Assembly: GCA_963768335.1 (NCBI GenBank)
Contig: CAVYHR010000006.1
Coordinates: forward strand, 1 to 64,000
Source of the DNA: an uncultured Peptococcaceae bacterium
GTDB taxonomy: Bacteria; Bacillota; DSM-12270; Thermacetogeniales; Thermacetogeniaceae
Reading direction: 5' to 3'
DNA length: 64,000 nucleotides
The translations under genes were made by a program, and so were the position numbers. Each line of letters starts with the position of its first letter. Position 1 is the stretch's first letter. A model generated the notes under the pieces. The model saw nothing but the letters and a program-made list of their open reading frames with translations, had not been told where the DNA came from and did not search any database. Positions 19,933-29,755 of this stretch are shown in pieces.

Positions 19933-20724
19933 CTAATGCTCCTCGCCCCGCCCATGGCGGTAGCCATGGCTGAAGTCCGGGTCGTACAGCAGCGACCGCT
20001 TGCCGCTGGCCGCCAGGAAATCGCCGACGAAGACCAGGGCGGTCCTGGTGATGCCCGCCTCCTCCGCTCTCTGCGCCAACTCTGCCAGCGGCGCCCGGAT
20101 CACCCGCTGGTCGGGCCAGGAGGCCCGCTCGACAATGGCCGCCGGGGTCTCCGGCGGAAAGCTGAGGAGCAGGTCCGCCACCGCCTGGGGCAGCAACTGG
20201 GCGCTCAGAAAGAGGCAGGTACTGGAACGGTGGCGGCCCAGGTCCCGCAAGGACTCGGTCTCCGGCACCGGGGTGCGGCCGCCCTGCCGGGTCAGGATCA
20301 CCGTCTGGCTCCCCCCGGGCACCGTGAGCTCCCTCCCCAGCAAAGCAGCAGCCGCCAGGAAGGAGCTGACGCCCGGAACGATCTCCCAGGGGATCCCCTC
20401 CTGCTCCAGGCAGTCGATCTGCTCCTGGATCGCCCCGTACAGGGCCGGGTCGCCGGTATGCAGCCGGACCACCGTCTGGCCGGCAGCAATGCCCTGCCTG
20501 ATCAGCGCCACCGTCTCCTCCAGGGTCAGGGACGCCGTATCGTGGCAGGGCACGCCTGATCTGGCGTACCGGAGCAACTCCGGATTCACCAGGGAACCGG
20601 CATAGAGCACCAGGTCCGCCTCCTGCAGCAACCGTTGCCCCCGGACAGTGATCAGTTCCGGGTCGCCGGGCCCCGCCCCCACAAAGTAAACCTTCCCTGT
20701 AGCCGCTGGCCGCACACGCGACAC
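19933..20724 (-). CDS. cbiF: cobalt-precorrin-4 C11-methyltransferase
   Basis: KVYFVGAGPGDPELITVRG...LHTGDPALYGA...VPGVSS. Confidence 0.9.
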   Translation of the reverse strand: MSRVRPAATGKVYFVGAGPGDPELITVRGQRLLQEADLVLYAGSLVNPELLRYARSGVPCHDTASLTLEETVALIRQGIAAGQTVVRLHTGDPALYGAIQEQIDCLEQEGIPWEIVPGVSSFLAAAALLGRELTVPGGSQTVILTRQGGRTPVPETESLRDLGRHRSSTCLFLSAQLLPQAVADLLLSFPPETPAAIVERASWPDQRVIRAPLAELAQRAEEAGITRTALVFVGDFLAASGKRSLLYDPDFSHGYRHGRGEEH

Positions 20725-20797
20725 CCCTTTCCTGTGTTCGCTGGTATTATGTCAACTACGCTCCGAGATCCCGCAATTCCGCGCCCGTATGCAGGCA

Positions 20798-21586
20798 TCA
20801 GCCGGGCGCGGCGCGGCCGCCATGGCGCACCAGGATGAGCGAGTAATAATCAGCGGGCAACTCCCCCACTCCCGCCAGGGAGTCCTTGATGATCTGGCCG
20901 CCCATGCCGCACCGGCAGACGAAGGCAGCGTCATCGAGGCGCCCCAGCTCGGCCAGCAGCGCCTGCACCTCCGCCAACACCGGCGCCACCTTGAGCAGCA
21001 CCACATTCTCGAAGGTGGAGAGCACCTGCCTGAGGTAATCGACGCCGCGGGTGGCCGGCACCACTGCCAGGCCCTCCTGTCCCATCGTCAAGGCCCGGCC
21101 CAGCAGCGACGCTGCGGCGCTGAAAGAGGTGATGCCCGGCACCGTCTCTGCTTCTATGTCCGGCTGCTGCCGGCGCAGAGCCTCCAGGAGGTAGAAAAAA
21201 GTGCTGTAGAGCGTGCTGTCGCCCAACGTGAGAAAGGCCGCGTCCCGCCCGGAATCCAACACCGCCAGGACCTGGACGGCGGCCTCATCCCAGGCCCGGT
21301 CGCGGGCCTGGCGGTCGCGGGTCATGGGGGCGATCAATTCCCGCACCTCCTGACCGCCGGTAATAAACGGCCTGATGATGCCGAGGGCTATGCTCTCGTC
21401 GCCGGTGTCGCCCCGGGGCACGAAGACCACCGGCGCCTCGCCCAGCAGGCGGACCGCCCTCAGTGTCAACAGATCTGCAGACCCTGGGCCGGCTCCGATC
21501 CCGTATAGCTTGCCGCGCCGCTCTGTCCGGTGTAAAGATGGGCTCTGGTGATCCCAGTTTTTTTCAGTCATCGTCCTGACCCACAT
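20798..21586 (-). CDS. cbiL: cobalt-factor II / precorrin-2 C20-methyltransferase
   Basis: GKLYGIGAGPGSADLLTLRAV...TLGDSTLYSTF...VPGITSFSAAAS. Confidence 0.85.
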   Translation of the reverse strand: MWVRTMTEKNWDHQSPSLHRTERRGKLYGIGAGPGSADLLTLRAVRLLGEAPVVFVPRGDTGDESIALGIIRPFITGGQEVRELIAPMTRDRQARDRAWDEAAVQVLAVLDSGRDAAFLTLGDSTLYSTFFYLLEALRRQQPDIEAETVPGITSFSAAASLLGRALTMGQEGLAVVPATRGVDYLRQVLSTFENVVLLKVAPVLAEVQALLAELGRLDDAAFVCRCGMGGQIIKDSLAGVGELPADYYSLILVRHGGRAAPG

Positions 21587-21640
21587 GCCTTTCCAGATAT
21601 TCCTTCTATTGCCGGCCGCTGCCGGGATGACGCAACCTGT

Positions 21641-22999
21641 TCAGGCCAGCCTGGCCGACAGGATGAAAACCGGGTTCTCCCCGCTCCAGATCTGGGCGCT
21701 CCCACGGTGAGCGACCCTGGCCAGGCTCACCATGACCGTCTCCGGATCATGCCATGGATCTTCCCGCAGCATCTGCCAGGCGCCGCTGAATGTTTCCGGA
21801 GTGACGGCAGTGATCACCACCCGCCCGCCAGGCCGCAGCCAGCCGCCGGCCTCCCCCAGGACCTCCCGCAGCCTCCCGCCGCTCCCGCCGATCAGGATGC
21901 AATCCGCCGGCGGCCACCGCGGCAGGCCTCGGGGGCATCCCCTTCCACCAGCCTGGCATTGGCAACGCCGAACTTCTGCAAGTTGGCGCGTACCAGGGCT
22001 GCGGCGGCGGGGTTCTTCTCCACCGCCCAGACGGCGCCGGGGGCTACCAGGCGCGCTGCCTCCACCGTCCACGAGCCGGTGCCGGCGCCAATCTCGTAGA
22101 CCACCATGCCCCGCTTCAGCCGGGCCTTGCACAGGGTCAGGGCGCGCACCTCCTCCTGGGACATGGCCGCCGCTCCCTGCACGAACAGCTTGTCCGGCAG
22201 GCCGGGGGTGACCACGCCAAGATATGCGCCCAGGTCTTCACTGGTGCTAACGGTGCCCTTGATGGTCTTCCCTGCCGTCCCGGGGAAAACCCCGGAAGGC
22301 GTCTTGCCTGCCGGCAACTGCCCCGGATCGGGTTCGTCCCGCAGCAGGATCAGGATGCTGTTGCCGCTCCCAAGGGGCATCCCCTGCTGCCCGGCCATCT
22401 CCTCCAGGCTGCCATAGGCGATCCCTTCCCCGGGCAGCCCCAGGTCGGTAAGCACCCAGGCCTGCCTGAACCGGCTCCCCTGCTCCAGCAGGCGCCTGCA
22501 GACCGCCGCCGGAGGATACCTGGGCTCGGTCAGCACCGCAGCCCGCTCCGCCCCGGCGATCTCCGCCAGGCCGTCCAGGCCGCGGCCGTGGACGCTGGCA
22601 ACGGCCAGGTCGTCCCACTTGATCCCTAGCCGGGCGCAGGCCAGTTGCAGCGAGCTGATACCGGGGATGACGCTGATGCCGCCGGACGCCGAAACGCTGC
22701 CGCAGCCGCGGCAGCAGGCTGTAGAAGCCGGGGTCGCCCGAGAGCAGCACCGCCACCCGCCTGGTCTGCCTGGCGTCATCGATGGATTCCAAAATATCGT
22801 CCAGGTCGCGCCCGATCAGGCGCTGCTCCTTGCCCAGCGCATCGAACAGCGCCAGTGAGTTGCGCCCGCCCACCAACACCTCCGCCGCCAGCACCGCCTC
22901 TCTGGCAACCGGCAGCAGGTATTCCCCGCTCCCGGGGCCCACGCCCACCACAGTTATCGGGTACGCCAGCTCGTTCAACCCCTTAGAAACTCGATTCAA
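21641..22999 (-). CDS. CbiE-CbiT fusion (cobalt-precorrin-6B/7 C5,C15-methyltransferase, decarboxylating); two apparently compensating frameshifts in this assembly
   Basis: Track ORFs 22247..22999 (frame 1), 21892..22779 (frame 0) and 21641..22132 (frame 1) carry consecutive CbiE and CbiT sequence: VAVLLSGDPGFYSLLPRLRQRFG | ISVIPGISSLQLACARLG...MVVYEIGAGTGSWTVEAA...VEGDAPEA | LPRWPPADCILIGGSGG. The second shift fits a CCC->CC undercall. Confidence 0.7.
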
Positions 23000-23117
23000 C
23001 CTTCCGCAGATATTCTACCACCCATCAGGATTATTGAAGAAAAAACCGGCTTTTCCTTGCCTGGCGAACAGGACACCGTCCAGCTTGCCGAAGGCTTTCT
23101 TCTTGCTCTCCCCTGTT

Positions 23118-24422
23118 TCAACCCTGCTGCAATGAATTACTTGCTGCCCCAGCCAGTTCCCGCTTCAGCGTCCAGCCTGCCTCCCTCAGCAGCGACACCG
23201 CCCGCTCATCCCAGCCGACGGCCTCTCCGCTGTAGGAGAACAAGACGGTGCCCACCCGCAGTTCCTCCCGGGCGTAGGCCTCCGCCCGGCTGCTGGCCCG
23301 CAGGGCCAGGTCATGCCAGACCAGGTCCAGGCCGGCTTCCTGCAGCAGGCCGACCATCGCCTCGGCGGTGGGAGCGTCCAGGATCCCCCTGACCAGGTCC
23401 GCCCCCGCGCCTCTGACTGCGGCCAGTGCGGCCACCGCTTCGGCCCTGCCGTCGGAGATCCGGTTGTAGGTCTGGAAGGAGCCGGCGGCCACCTTGGCGA
23501 GCTTGCCCACGTGGCCCCACAGCACTACCTGCCGGAAGCCGCAGCGGACACACTCATCCAGCATGAAGCCGATAAAGTTGCTAGTCAGGATCACCGCCTC
23601 CTGAGGCACCCCGAAACCCCCCGCCAGGCTGACCCCGCGGCGGCCCGGCGTCAGCAGCAGCGTCTGCTGCCCGGCCGCCCGGGCAATTTCAAGCTGGGGC
23701 ACCAGGGCCTGCTTGAAGGCCTCCTCAGACATCGGCTCCACGATCCCGGTCGTGCCCAAGATGGAGATGCCGCCGACGATTCCCAGCCGGGGGTTCATCG
23801 TCCGGCGGGCCAACTGTTCACCCTCCGGCACGGAGATCACCACCTCGGCACCGTTCCCCGAAGAGAGCACACCCGATACGTTATCCCTGATCATCTGCAG
23901 CGGCCCCGGGTTGATCGCCGGCTGACCCGGCGGCACGGCCAGGCCCGGCTTGGTGACCACCCCGACGCCGCGGCCGCCCCGGATCACGATCTCTCCCGGC
24001 TGCAAGCGCACTGTAGCCTCAATCCGGGCGCCATCGGTGATGTCCGGATCATCCCCGGCGTCCTTGATCACCCAGGCCCGCGCCGCCCCGGGCGCCGCGC
24101 CCTCGAGCTCCACCCCGGCCACCGGCAGCACCGCCTCAGCGTCACCCTCGCCGGGCAGCCGCACGACCACCTCCAGCGGCGCCTGGCCTAACAGGGCCAG
24201 CGTTGCGGCCTTGGCGGCGGCCGCGGCACAGGTTCCGGTGGAGTAGCCCCGGCGCAGCATCTTGCCGTCATACAGCCGGTACCCGGCCCCCTGTGTCTTG
24301 TGCTCCAGCATCCGCCTCGCCTGACCGATGGTCATAGGCAGGGCGCCGGGCCTCAGCCAGCCCTCCGCTTCACCCGCCTGGCACTCGCCGTCCCGCTGCA
24401 GCAACTCCACCAGGTGTGCCAC
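23118..24422 (-). CDS. cbiD: cobalt-precorrin-5B C1-methyltransferase
   Basis: LRRGYSTGTCAAAAAKAA..., GTTGIVEPMSEEA. Confidence 0.85.
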   Translation of the reverse strand: MAHLVELLQRDGECQAGEAEGWLRPGALPMTIGQARRMLEHKTQGAGYRLYDGKMLRRGYSTGTCAAAAAKAATLALLGQAPLEVVVRLPGEGDAEAVLPVAGVELEGAAPGAARAWVIKDAGDDPDITDGARIEATVRLQPGEIVIRGGRGVGVVTKPGLAVPPGQPAINPGPLQMIRDNVSGVLSSGNGAEVVISVPEGEQLARRTMNPRLGIVGGISILGTTGIVEPMSEEAFKQALVPQLEIARAAGQQTLLLTPGRRGVSLAGGFGVPQEAVILTSNFIGFMLDECVRCGFRQVVLWGHVGKLAKVAAGSFQTYNRISDGRAEAVAALAAVRGAGADLVRGILDAPTAEAMVGLLQEAGLDLVWHDLALRASSRAEAYAREELRVGTVLFSYSGEAVGWDERAVSLLREAGWTLKRELAGAASNSLQQG

Positions 24423-24490
24423 CCTCGGCAGCCGCAGGTTGTTGTCGCGGATAACCTCCTTCTGGGAGAAGACCTCGGCGGTGGTGCCGG

Positions 24491-25149
24491 TCAGATCTTG
24501 ATCCGGCCCCTGTTCAGGACATAGATCCGGTCGGCCAGCAGGGGCACCACGTCCACGTCATGGGTAGCAAAGACCAGGGTGATGTTCAAGCTCTGGTTGA
24601 TGTCGTTCAGCAGCTTCACCAATTGGGCGACCCCGCGCGGGTCGAGGGAGGAGGTGGGCTCGTCGAGCACCAGCACCTCCGGCTTCATGGCCAGCACGCT
24701 GGCCAGGGCCACCCGCTTTTTCTCGCCCCCGCTGAGCAGGTAGGGGCTCTTGTCCTCGTAGCCTGTCCAGGCCAACCACGCTCGAGCGCCCACCTGACGG
24801 CCTCCGGAATCTCTTCTCTGGGTGTGCCCAGGTTGAGCAGGCCGTAGGCGATCTCCTGCTTCACCGTGTTGGAGAAGAGCTGGTCGTCGGGGTCCTGGAA
24901 CACCATCCCCACCATGCGCCGGATGGCCTTGTAGTTCTTTTTCTCCACCGGCAGGTCTTTGATGAAGACCTCGCCCGAAGTGGGCTGCAGCAGGCCGTTG
25001 AACAGGTTGAACAGGGTGGACTTGCCGGAGCCGTTGGCGCCGAGCACGGCCACCCGCTCACCGGATGCTACGGACAGGTTGATGTCCGTCAGGGCGGTGG
25101 TCCCGTCCGGGTAGGTGAAATTGATATCTACTGTCTTGATCACTTCCAT
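24491..25149 (-). CDS. cbiO: cobalt ECF/ABC transporter ATP-binding protein; one frameshift near 24790
   Basis: Track ORF 24685..25149: GANGSGKSTLF (Walker A), QDPDDQLF. Track ORF 24491..24793: LSGGEKKRVALASVLA (ABC signature), VLVLDEPTSSLD (Walker B), ATHDVD (H-loop). Confidence 0.75.
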
Positions 25150-25174
25150 GGATCTTGAAACCCTCCTCGGGTGT

Positions 25175-25942
25175 TTACCTCAGGATCAGATCGACTGCCA
25201 GCAAGGCCAGGAGCGTTGCAATGCTCCAGATGAAGAACAGCCGGTCCCACCGGGGGATGGCCTGCTCGAAGTACGGAGGGGCGGCGCTGCTCTCGTCGAA
25301 CCCCCGGGACAGCATCGCCTTGTAGATGCGGGTGCTCCGGTCGAGGGCCTTGATCATCAGCACCCCGGCGAGCACGCCCAGGTCATAGGCCTGCCGGTAC
25401 CAGGGCAGGCTGTCCGCGCCTCTGCTCACCTGGGCGTTTCTCATGGTGATGGCCGACTCGGTCAAGAGATTGATGTAGCGGTAGATCATCTCGGCCAGGT
25501 CGACGATCAGGCCGGGGACTTTGATCAGGCGCATCGTGGCCAGGATCTCGGTCATCGGCGTGATGATCGAGAGCAACGTGATGATGCAGACTGCCGCCAG
25601 GATGCGCAGGGTGATGATGAAGCCGCGCTCGAGGCCCTCGAGATACATGGGAAATGCCCAGTGCCAGATGGTGATGCAGGCGATCTCGGTGTGGCCGTAA
25701 GTGAGCAGGAAGCTCACCAGCACCAGCCAGGCCACGCCGAAGGGGACGATCAGGCGCAGCAGCAGTATCTTGATGGGGTATCTCTGCCAGAGCAGCAGGA
25801 CTGTGGCGGCAAGCATCATGCCTGCCGCCAGGTACCAGTGCCTCAGGATAACGGCGATCACGATGGCTATCAGGCAGAGCAGGGTCTTGACCCGCCCGTC
25901 GACAGCCTGCAGGGAAGTGTGGACCGTAATTTGATCATCCAT
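25175..25942 (-). CDS. cbiQ: cobalt ECF transporter T component
   Basis: Polytopic membrane protein of the CbiQ/EcfT type, positioned between cbiO and cbiMN. Confidence 0.8.
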   Translation of the reverse strand: MDDQITVHTSLQAVDGRVKTLLCLIAIVIAVILRHWYLAAGMMLAATVLLLWQRYPIKILLLRLIVPFGVAWLVLVSFLLTYGHTEIACITIWHWAFPMYLEGLERGFIITLRILAAVCIITLLSIITPMTEILATMRLIKVPGLIVDLAEMIYRYINLLTESAITMRNAQVSRGADSLPWYRQAYDLGVLAGVLMIKALDRSTRIYKAMLSRGFDESSAAPPYFEQAIPRWDRLFFIWSIATLLALLAVDLILR

Positions 25943-25961
25943 GAATACTCATTCCATGGCG

Positions 25962-27026
25962 TCAGCCCTTGGCCTCTCCTGGTTCAGGCGGGAGATACTG
26001 GGCATCCACGTCTTCCTTTTTAGTCTCGGAAAAGATCTTTCTCCAGGTGTAGCCAACCATCAGGCCGACGAATAAGTTGGCGATGGAAAAGGCGCCGAGT
26101 TGGGTGTCGCCCGGTAGATTGATCAGCGTATGATGCTGCACGTTGGCAACCTGGCCGGCCATATCATTAACATTGTCGTCGGTGCCATTGCCCGCCATCT
26201 TATGGACGTCCATGTAAAAAGCGGAGCAGAAGATGGCAATCAGAAAAATGAACATCGTGATCAGGCAGACTTTGACGAACGGGTCCAGGAACACTTTACG
26301 GTCATCTGGAATCATCTCTATTTCCCTCCTATTGAGGCGCGTGGCAGGATTAACAGGCACCGCCTGCTTGGCCGGCGCAAAGCCGGGGATCAGGTCGGGA
26401 CGGCGGCTGATCATCACCTGCAGCACGGCAGCCGTAAAGATCGCCTCCACGACGGCCAGCGGCAACTGCGTGGGGCCATAGCCCAGGAAGAAAACCATCC
26501 ACTGCTTGAAAAAGGGCAGGTTGCCGCCGTGCACGTTCAGGGCCAGTTCCAGGGCGGAGGTCAGGTAGACGGCCAGGTCTCCTAGAAAACCCGCAATCCC
26601 GCCCGCCAGCCAGATCGGGCTCTTGAACGAGCGGAACAGCTTCCACAGGCCGTAGCCGACAAAGGTGCCGACGACACCCATGGAGATGGTATTGGCGCCG
26701 ATGGTGGTGATGCCTCCGTGCGCCAGGAAGACGGCCTGGAAGAACAGCACGATGATCGAGATGATCACCGTGGCGAAGGGTCCCACGATGATGGCCGCCA
26801 GCGGCGTGCCGCAGGGATGGGAGCAGGAACCGGTGACGGGGCAGGGCATGTGCATGGAGGAGATCACGAACACGGCCACCCCGACCATGGCCAGGAAGGG
26901 CTTGTAGTAGAGGTTCTCCTCGATGCGGCGCCTGATCTCTCTGAGGCCCGGCACCACGAAGGCGGCCGTGGCGGCATACCAGGTTAACCACCAGGCGGGG
27001 GACAAGATTCCATCTTCGATATGCAT
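25962..27026 (-). CDS. fused CbiM-CbiN cobalt transport protein
   Basis: MHIEDGILSP... CbiM N-terminus with multiple TM helices. C-terminal ~100 aa (FLDPFVKVCLITMFIFLIAIF...) is a CbiN-like two-TM module. Confidence 0.85.
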   Translation of the reverse strand: MHIEDGILSPAWWLTWYAATAAFVVPGLREIRRRIEENLYYKPFLAMVGVAVFVISSMHMPCPVTGSCSHPCGTPLAAIIVGPFATVIISIIVLFFQAVFLAHGGITTIGANTISMGVVGTFVGYGLWKLFRSFKSPIWLAGGIAGFLGDLAVYLTSALELALNVHGGNLPFFKQWMVFFLGYGPTQLPLAVVEAIFTAAVLQVMISRRPDLIPGFAPAKQAVPVNPATRLNRREIEMIPDDRKVFLDPFVKVCLITMFIFLIAIFCSAFYMDVHKMAGNGTDDNVNDMAGQVANVQHHTLINLPGDTQLGAFSIANLFVGLMVGYTWRKIFSETKKEDVDAQYLPPEPGEAKG

Positions 27027-27226
27027 TTACTCTTCCTCCTCTATATCTCTCCTATCGAATGAGTTTGGCGCCACTGATAACGACAAGCTTCTCAACCTTG
27101 AAAACAGACGCAACTGTGTCTCCAGGAAAAAACTAACCCCAGCCATGAAGGCTGAGGTTCGTAAACACGTGCTTACTGAATCCCACCCCCTATCGTTCGT
27201 AGGGTAACACGGCGCGACTGGAACAG

Positions 27227-27385
27227 GCAGGTCTCCTGGCTCGGGTTCTTCGCCTGACCTGCCCTTCCCTGAAACGCTGTGCGCTCAAGTGGTAATGCAG
27301 TAGGCTCCCCCTCACAGTGGCGGGACCGCACCTTTCACCCAGCGCTCTGCTTCAAACCAGGTCCCCCTCATTGCATTATGTCAAC
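27227..27385 (-). ncRNA. cobalamin (AdoCbl) riboswitch in the cbiMN leader
   Basis: Minus-strand reading: ...GGTGAAAGGTGCGGTCCCGCCACTGTGAGGGGGAGC... (B12 box GCCACTG at plus 27311-27329), then ...CAGGGAAGGGCAGG...CCCGAGCCAGGAGACCTGCC. TTGACA lies about 20 nt upstream (plus 27379-27384). About 200 nt before the cbiM ATG. Confidence 0.75.
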
Positions 27386-27651
27386 TACTGGCGCGCGGCC
27401 GGGTGACACTGACAGCAACGCGGCGTGGAGCCTGAATCGCTGGGCTTCGGACTTCCCTTTTCAGCCCGTATTTAACGGGCCACCTGTTCCCCTTACGATG
27501 AAATTATCAAAGAACTTTTTTCAGTCCCCTTTTGCACAGAGACTACCACAGTCTGACAACGCCAACAACCACTGCCAATCCATAAAGGATTCGCCGTCAA
27601 GTTACATTCTCCTTCATGAAAAACAAAAACCGATCTTTTTTTTCTCATTCC

Positions 27652-28752
27652 TCAGCTCTTATTATATGCCTCGTCCACCGCTTTCAGACGCTCCAGCAGC
27701 AGCACGTTTCTCGCCCGGTCCTTGACTGCCACCCGGATGAAGCGGTCCCCCAGCCAGCCGAAGTTGCTGCAATCCCGCACCAGCACCCCCCGCCGGGCCA
27801 ACTGCTCCCACACGCCCGGAGCGGTGGCCGGCGGCTGCAGTTCCAGCAGCAGGAAGTTGGCCGCCGAGGGGTAGATCTGCCTGACCAGGCGCAATTCCGC
27901 CAGCGAGGACGCCAGGAAGCGGCGCTCCCGCCGCACCAGGGAGATCGTCCGGCGGGCATACTCCCCGGCCTCGAAGGCCACCCCGGCGGCGGCCTGGGCG
28001 AGGCCGTTGACGTGCCAGGGCGGCTGGCAACGGGACAACCGCGAGATCACCTCTGCATCCCCGATGCCGCAGCCGATCCGCAGGCCGGGCACACAAAAGA
28101 ACTTGGTCAGCGACTGCAGCACCAGGACACCGCCGGCGGCTGCAGCCTCTTTGATGCAGGTTAACTGCCTCCAACGGGGATGAAATAATAAAAAGGACTC
28201 GTCGACCACCAGAAAGATCCCCCGTGCCCGGCAATGCTCCAGGAAGGGCTGCGTGACCTCCGGCGGCGTCAGGCTGCCGGTGGGATTGTTGGGATTGCAG
28301 AGCCAGACCAGGTCGACTCCCCGGGTTGCTCTGATCAACTGAGGCAGGCCCGGCAGGAAACCCTGCCGGGGTGGGAGGTGGAAGTGCTTCACCGCAGAGA
28401 CGCCCCAGAGGCGGCAGGCGATCTCGTACTCCTTGAAGGTCGGGCCCGGGATCAGGACATTGCGGGGGCGCAGGACCTGCGCCAGCAGGTAGATCAGCTC
28501 CACCGCCCCGTTGGCGGCGATAACCTGCTCCGGGATGACACCGTAGAAGGCGGCGGCGGCTGAGCGCAGCGCCGCGCAATCAGGCTCCGGGTATGAGGAA
28601 GCCAGGGCCATGGATTCCTGCAGCACCCCGGCGATCCCGGCTGGCGGCCCCAGGGGATTGGTGTTGACGCTGAAATCCACGAAGGCCCCAGGGTCAATGC
28701 CAAACCTGGCTGCCGCCGATACAACGTTCCCGCCGTGCTGGTGCTTGTCCAA
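27652..28752 (-). CDS. cobD: threonine-phosphate decarboxylase (class I/II aminotransferase fold)
   Basis: N-terminal HGGNV motif, PLP-aminotransferase-like (NPNNPTG). Confidence 0.8.
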   Translation of the reverse strand: MDKHQHGGNVVSAAARFGIDPGAFVDFSVNTNPLGPPAGIAGVLQESMALASSYPEPDCAALRSAAAAFYGVIPEQVIAANGAVELIYLLAQVLRPRNVLIPGPTFKEYEIACRLWGVSAVKHFHLPPRQGFLPGLPQLIRATRGVDLVWLCNPNNPTGSLTPPEVTQPFLEHCRARGIFLVVDESFLLFHPRWRQLTCIKEAAAAGGVLVLQSLTKFFCVPGLRIGCGIGDAEVISRLSRCQPPWHVNGLAQAAAGVAFEAGEYARRTISLVRRERRFLASSLAELRLVRQIYPSAANFLLLELQPPATAPGVWEQLARRGVLVRDCSNFGWLGDRFIRVAVKDRARNVLLLERLKAVDEAYNKS

Positions 28753-29755
28753 CGCAAACCTTCCCTCCGGTTCTGATCTTGCCCGGGTAGCGCGGCCCCC
28801 CGCCGGTAAGGCGCAGGGAATAGTGGTCGCTGATCTCCGGAAATCGGGTACGCAAGCCCCGAATCAGTTGTTCATCAGCCTCGCGGCCGGGTGGCAGCAG
28901 TATCCCGACCACGGTGCCGCTGTGGGCTACATTGACCCCATAGGCGCCCCGGGCCAGGACATGATCGATGATCGCCTCCAGGTGAGGCTTGGGCAGGATG
29001 CGCTGGTTGGCGAGAGCGCTCATGGTGGCCCCCTCCCCCAGCTTGCCGGGATCCTGGCGCTGAAATCCATCCCGCACCAGTTGCAGAGCCTGTCTGATGG
29101 CAGGTTCATTGGCCGCGTTCAACTCGGCCAGATCGGAGCGTCGATGGAACTCCAGCGTGTCCACCGCTCCGCCGAAATCTAGCGCCAGCAGCCCCAGGGG
29201 GAACGGTTCCCCGATCCGCTCGAATATCCGGCCGTCAACGTGGTCGATCAGGACGATCCCCGCGGAGAAGGTGCCGTCCGAGGGCTCGATGGAGAGGGCG
29301 ATCTCCGCCACCGCCTCCGGAGTGAGCCGCCGGTTCAGGGCGACAGCCACGGCATAGCAGGCGGCAGACAGGTCGGCGGTGCTGCTGCCCATACCCTTGC
29401 CGATGGGCAGGCTGGAGGCCACGTCGATGACCGCCCCCAGGTTGGAGTAGCCCTCCCGGTCCAGAGCCTTGCGCACTGCCTGGGCGGTCTTGATGCGCTC
29501 CGCGGGAAACACGATCCGCCCGGCCCCCGGCGACGCATCTTCATTCATGACGGGAGCATCAGGTCTAACAGCGTCAAGAGGACTGCCGGCCTGCACGCTT
29601 GCAGTGCCGGGCACAGACCGGCCGGCGCCGGTGGTGACGGTCACCCTGCTGAACCAGTTCACCGGGCAGGTGACCAGAAAGTTGGTACCCGATAAAGTGC
29701 CCTGCACCAGCTCTCCGCAGGTGCCAGGCACCAGGGCGGTACCTCGCAAGATCAT
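28694..29755 (-). CDS. GHMP-family kinase, PduX-like L-threonine kinase (supplies Thr-P for the aminopropanol linker)
   Basis: PIGKGMGSSTADLSAA (GHMP motif). Sits between cobS and cobD. Overlaps cobD by 58 nt. Confidence 0.65.
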   Translation of the reverse strand: MILRGTALVPGTCGELVQGTLSGTNFLVTCPVNWFSRVTVTTGAGRSVPGTASVQAGSPLDAVRPDAPVMNEDASPGAGRIVFPAERIKTAQAVRKALDREGYSNLGAVIDVASSLPIGKGMGSSTADLSAACYAVAVALNRRLTPEAVAEIALSIEPSDGTFSAGIVLIDHVDGRIFERIGEPFPLGLLALDFGGAVDTLEFHRRSDLAELNAANEPAIRQALQLVRDGFQRQDPGKLGEGATMSALANQRILPKPHLEAIIDHVLARGAYGVNVAHSGTVVGILLPPGREADEQLIRGLRTRFPEISDHYSLRLTGGGPRYPGKIRTGGKVCVGQAPARRERCIGGSQVWH

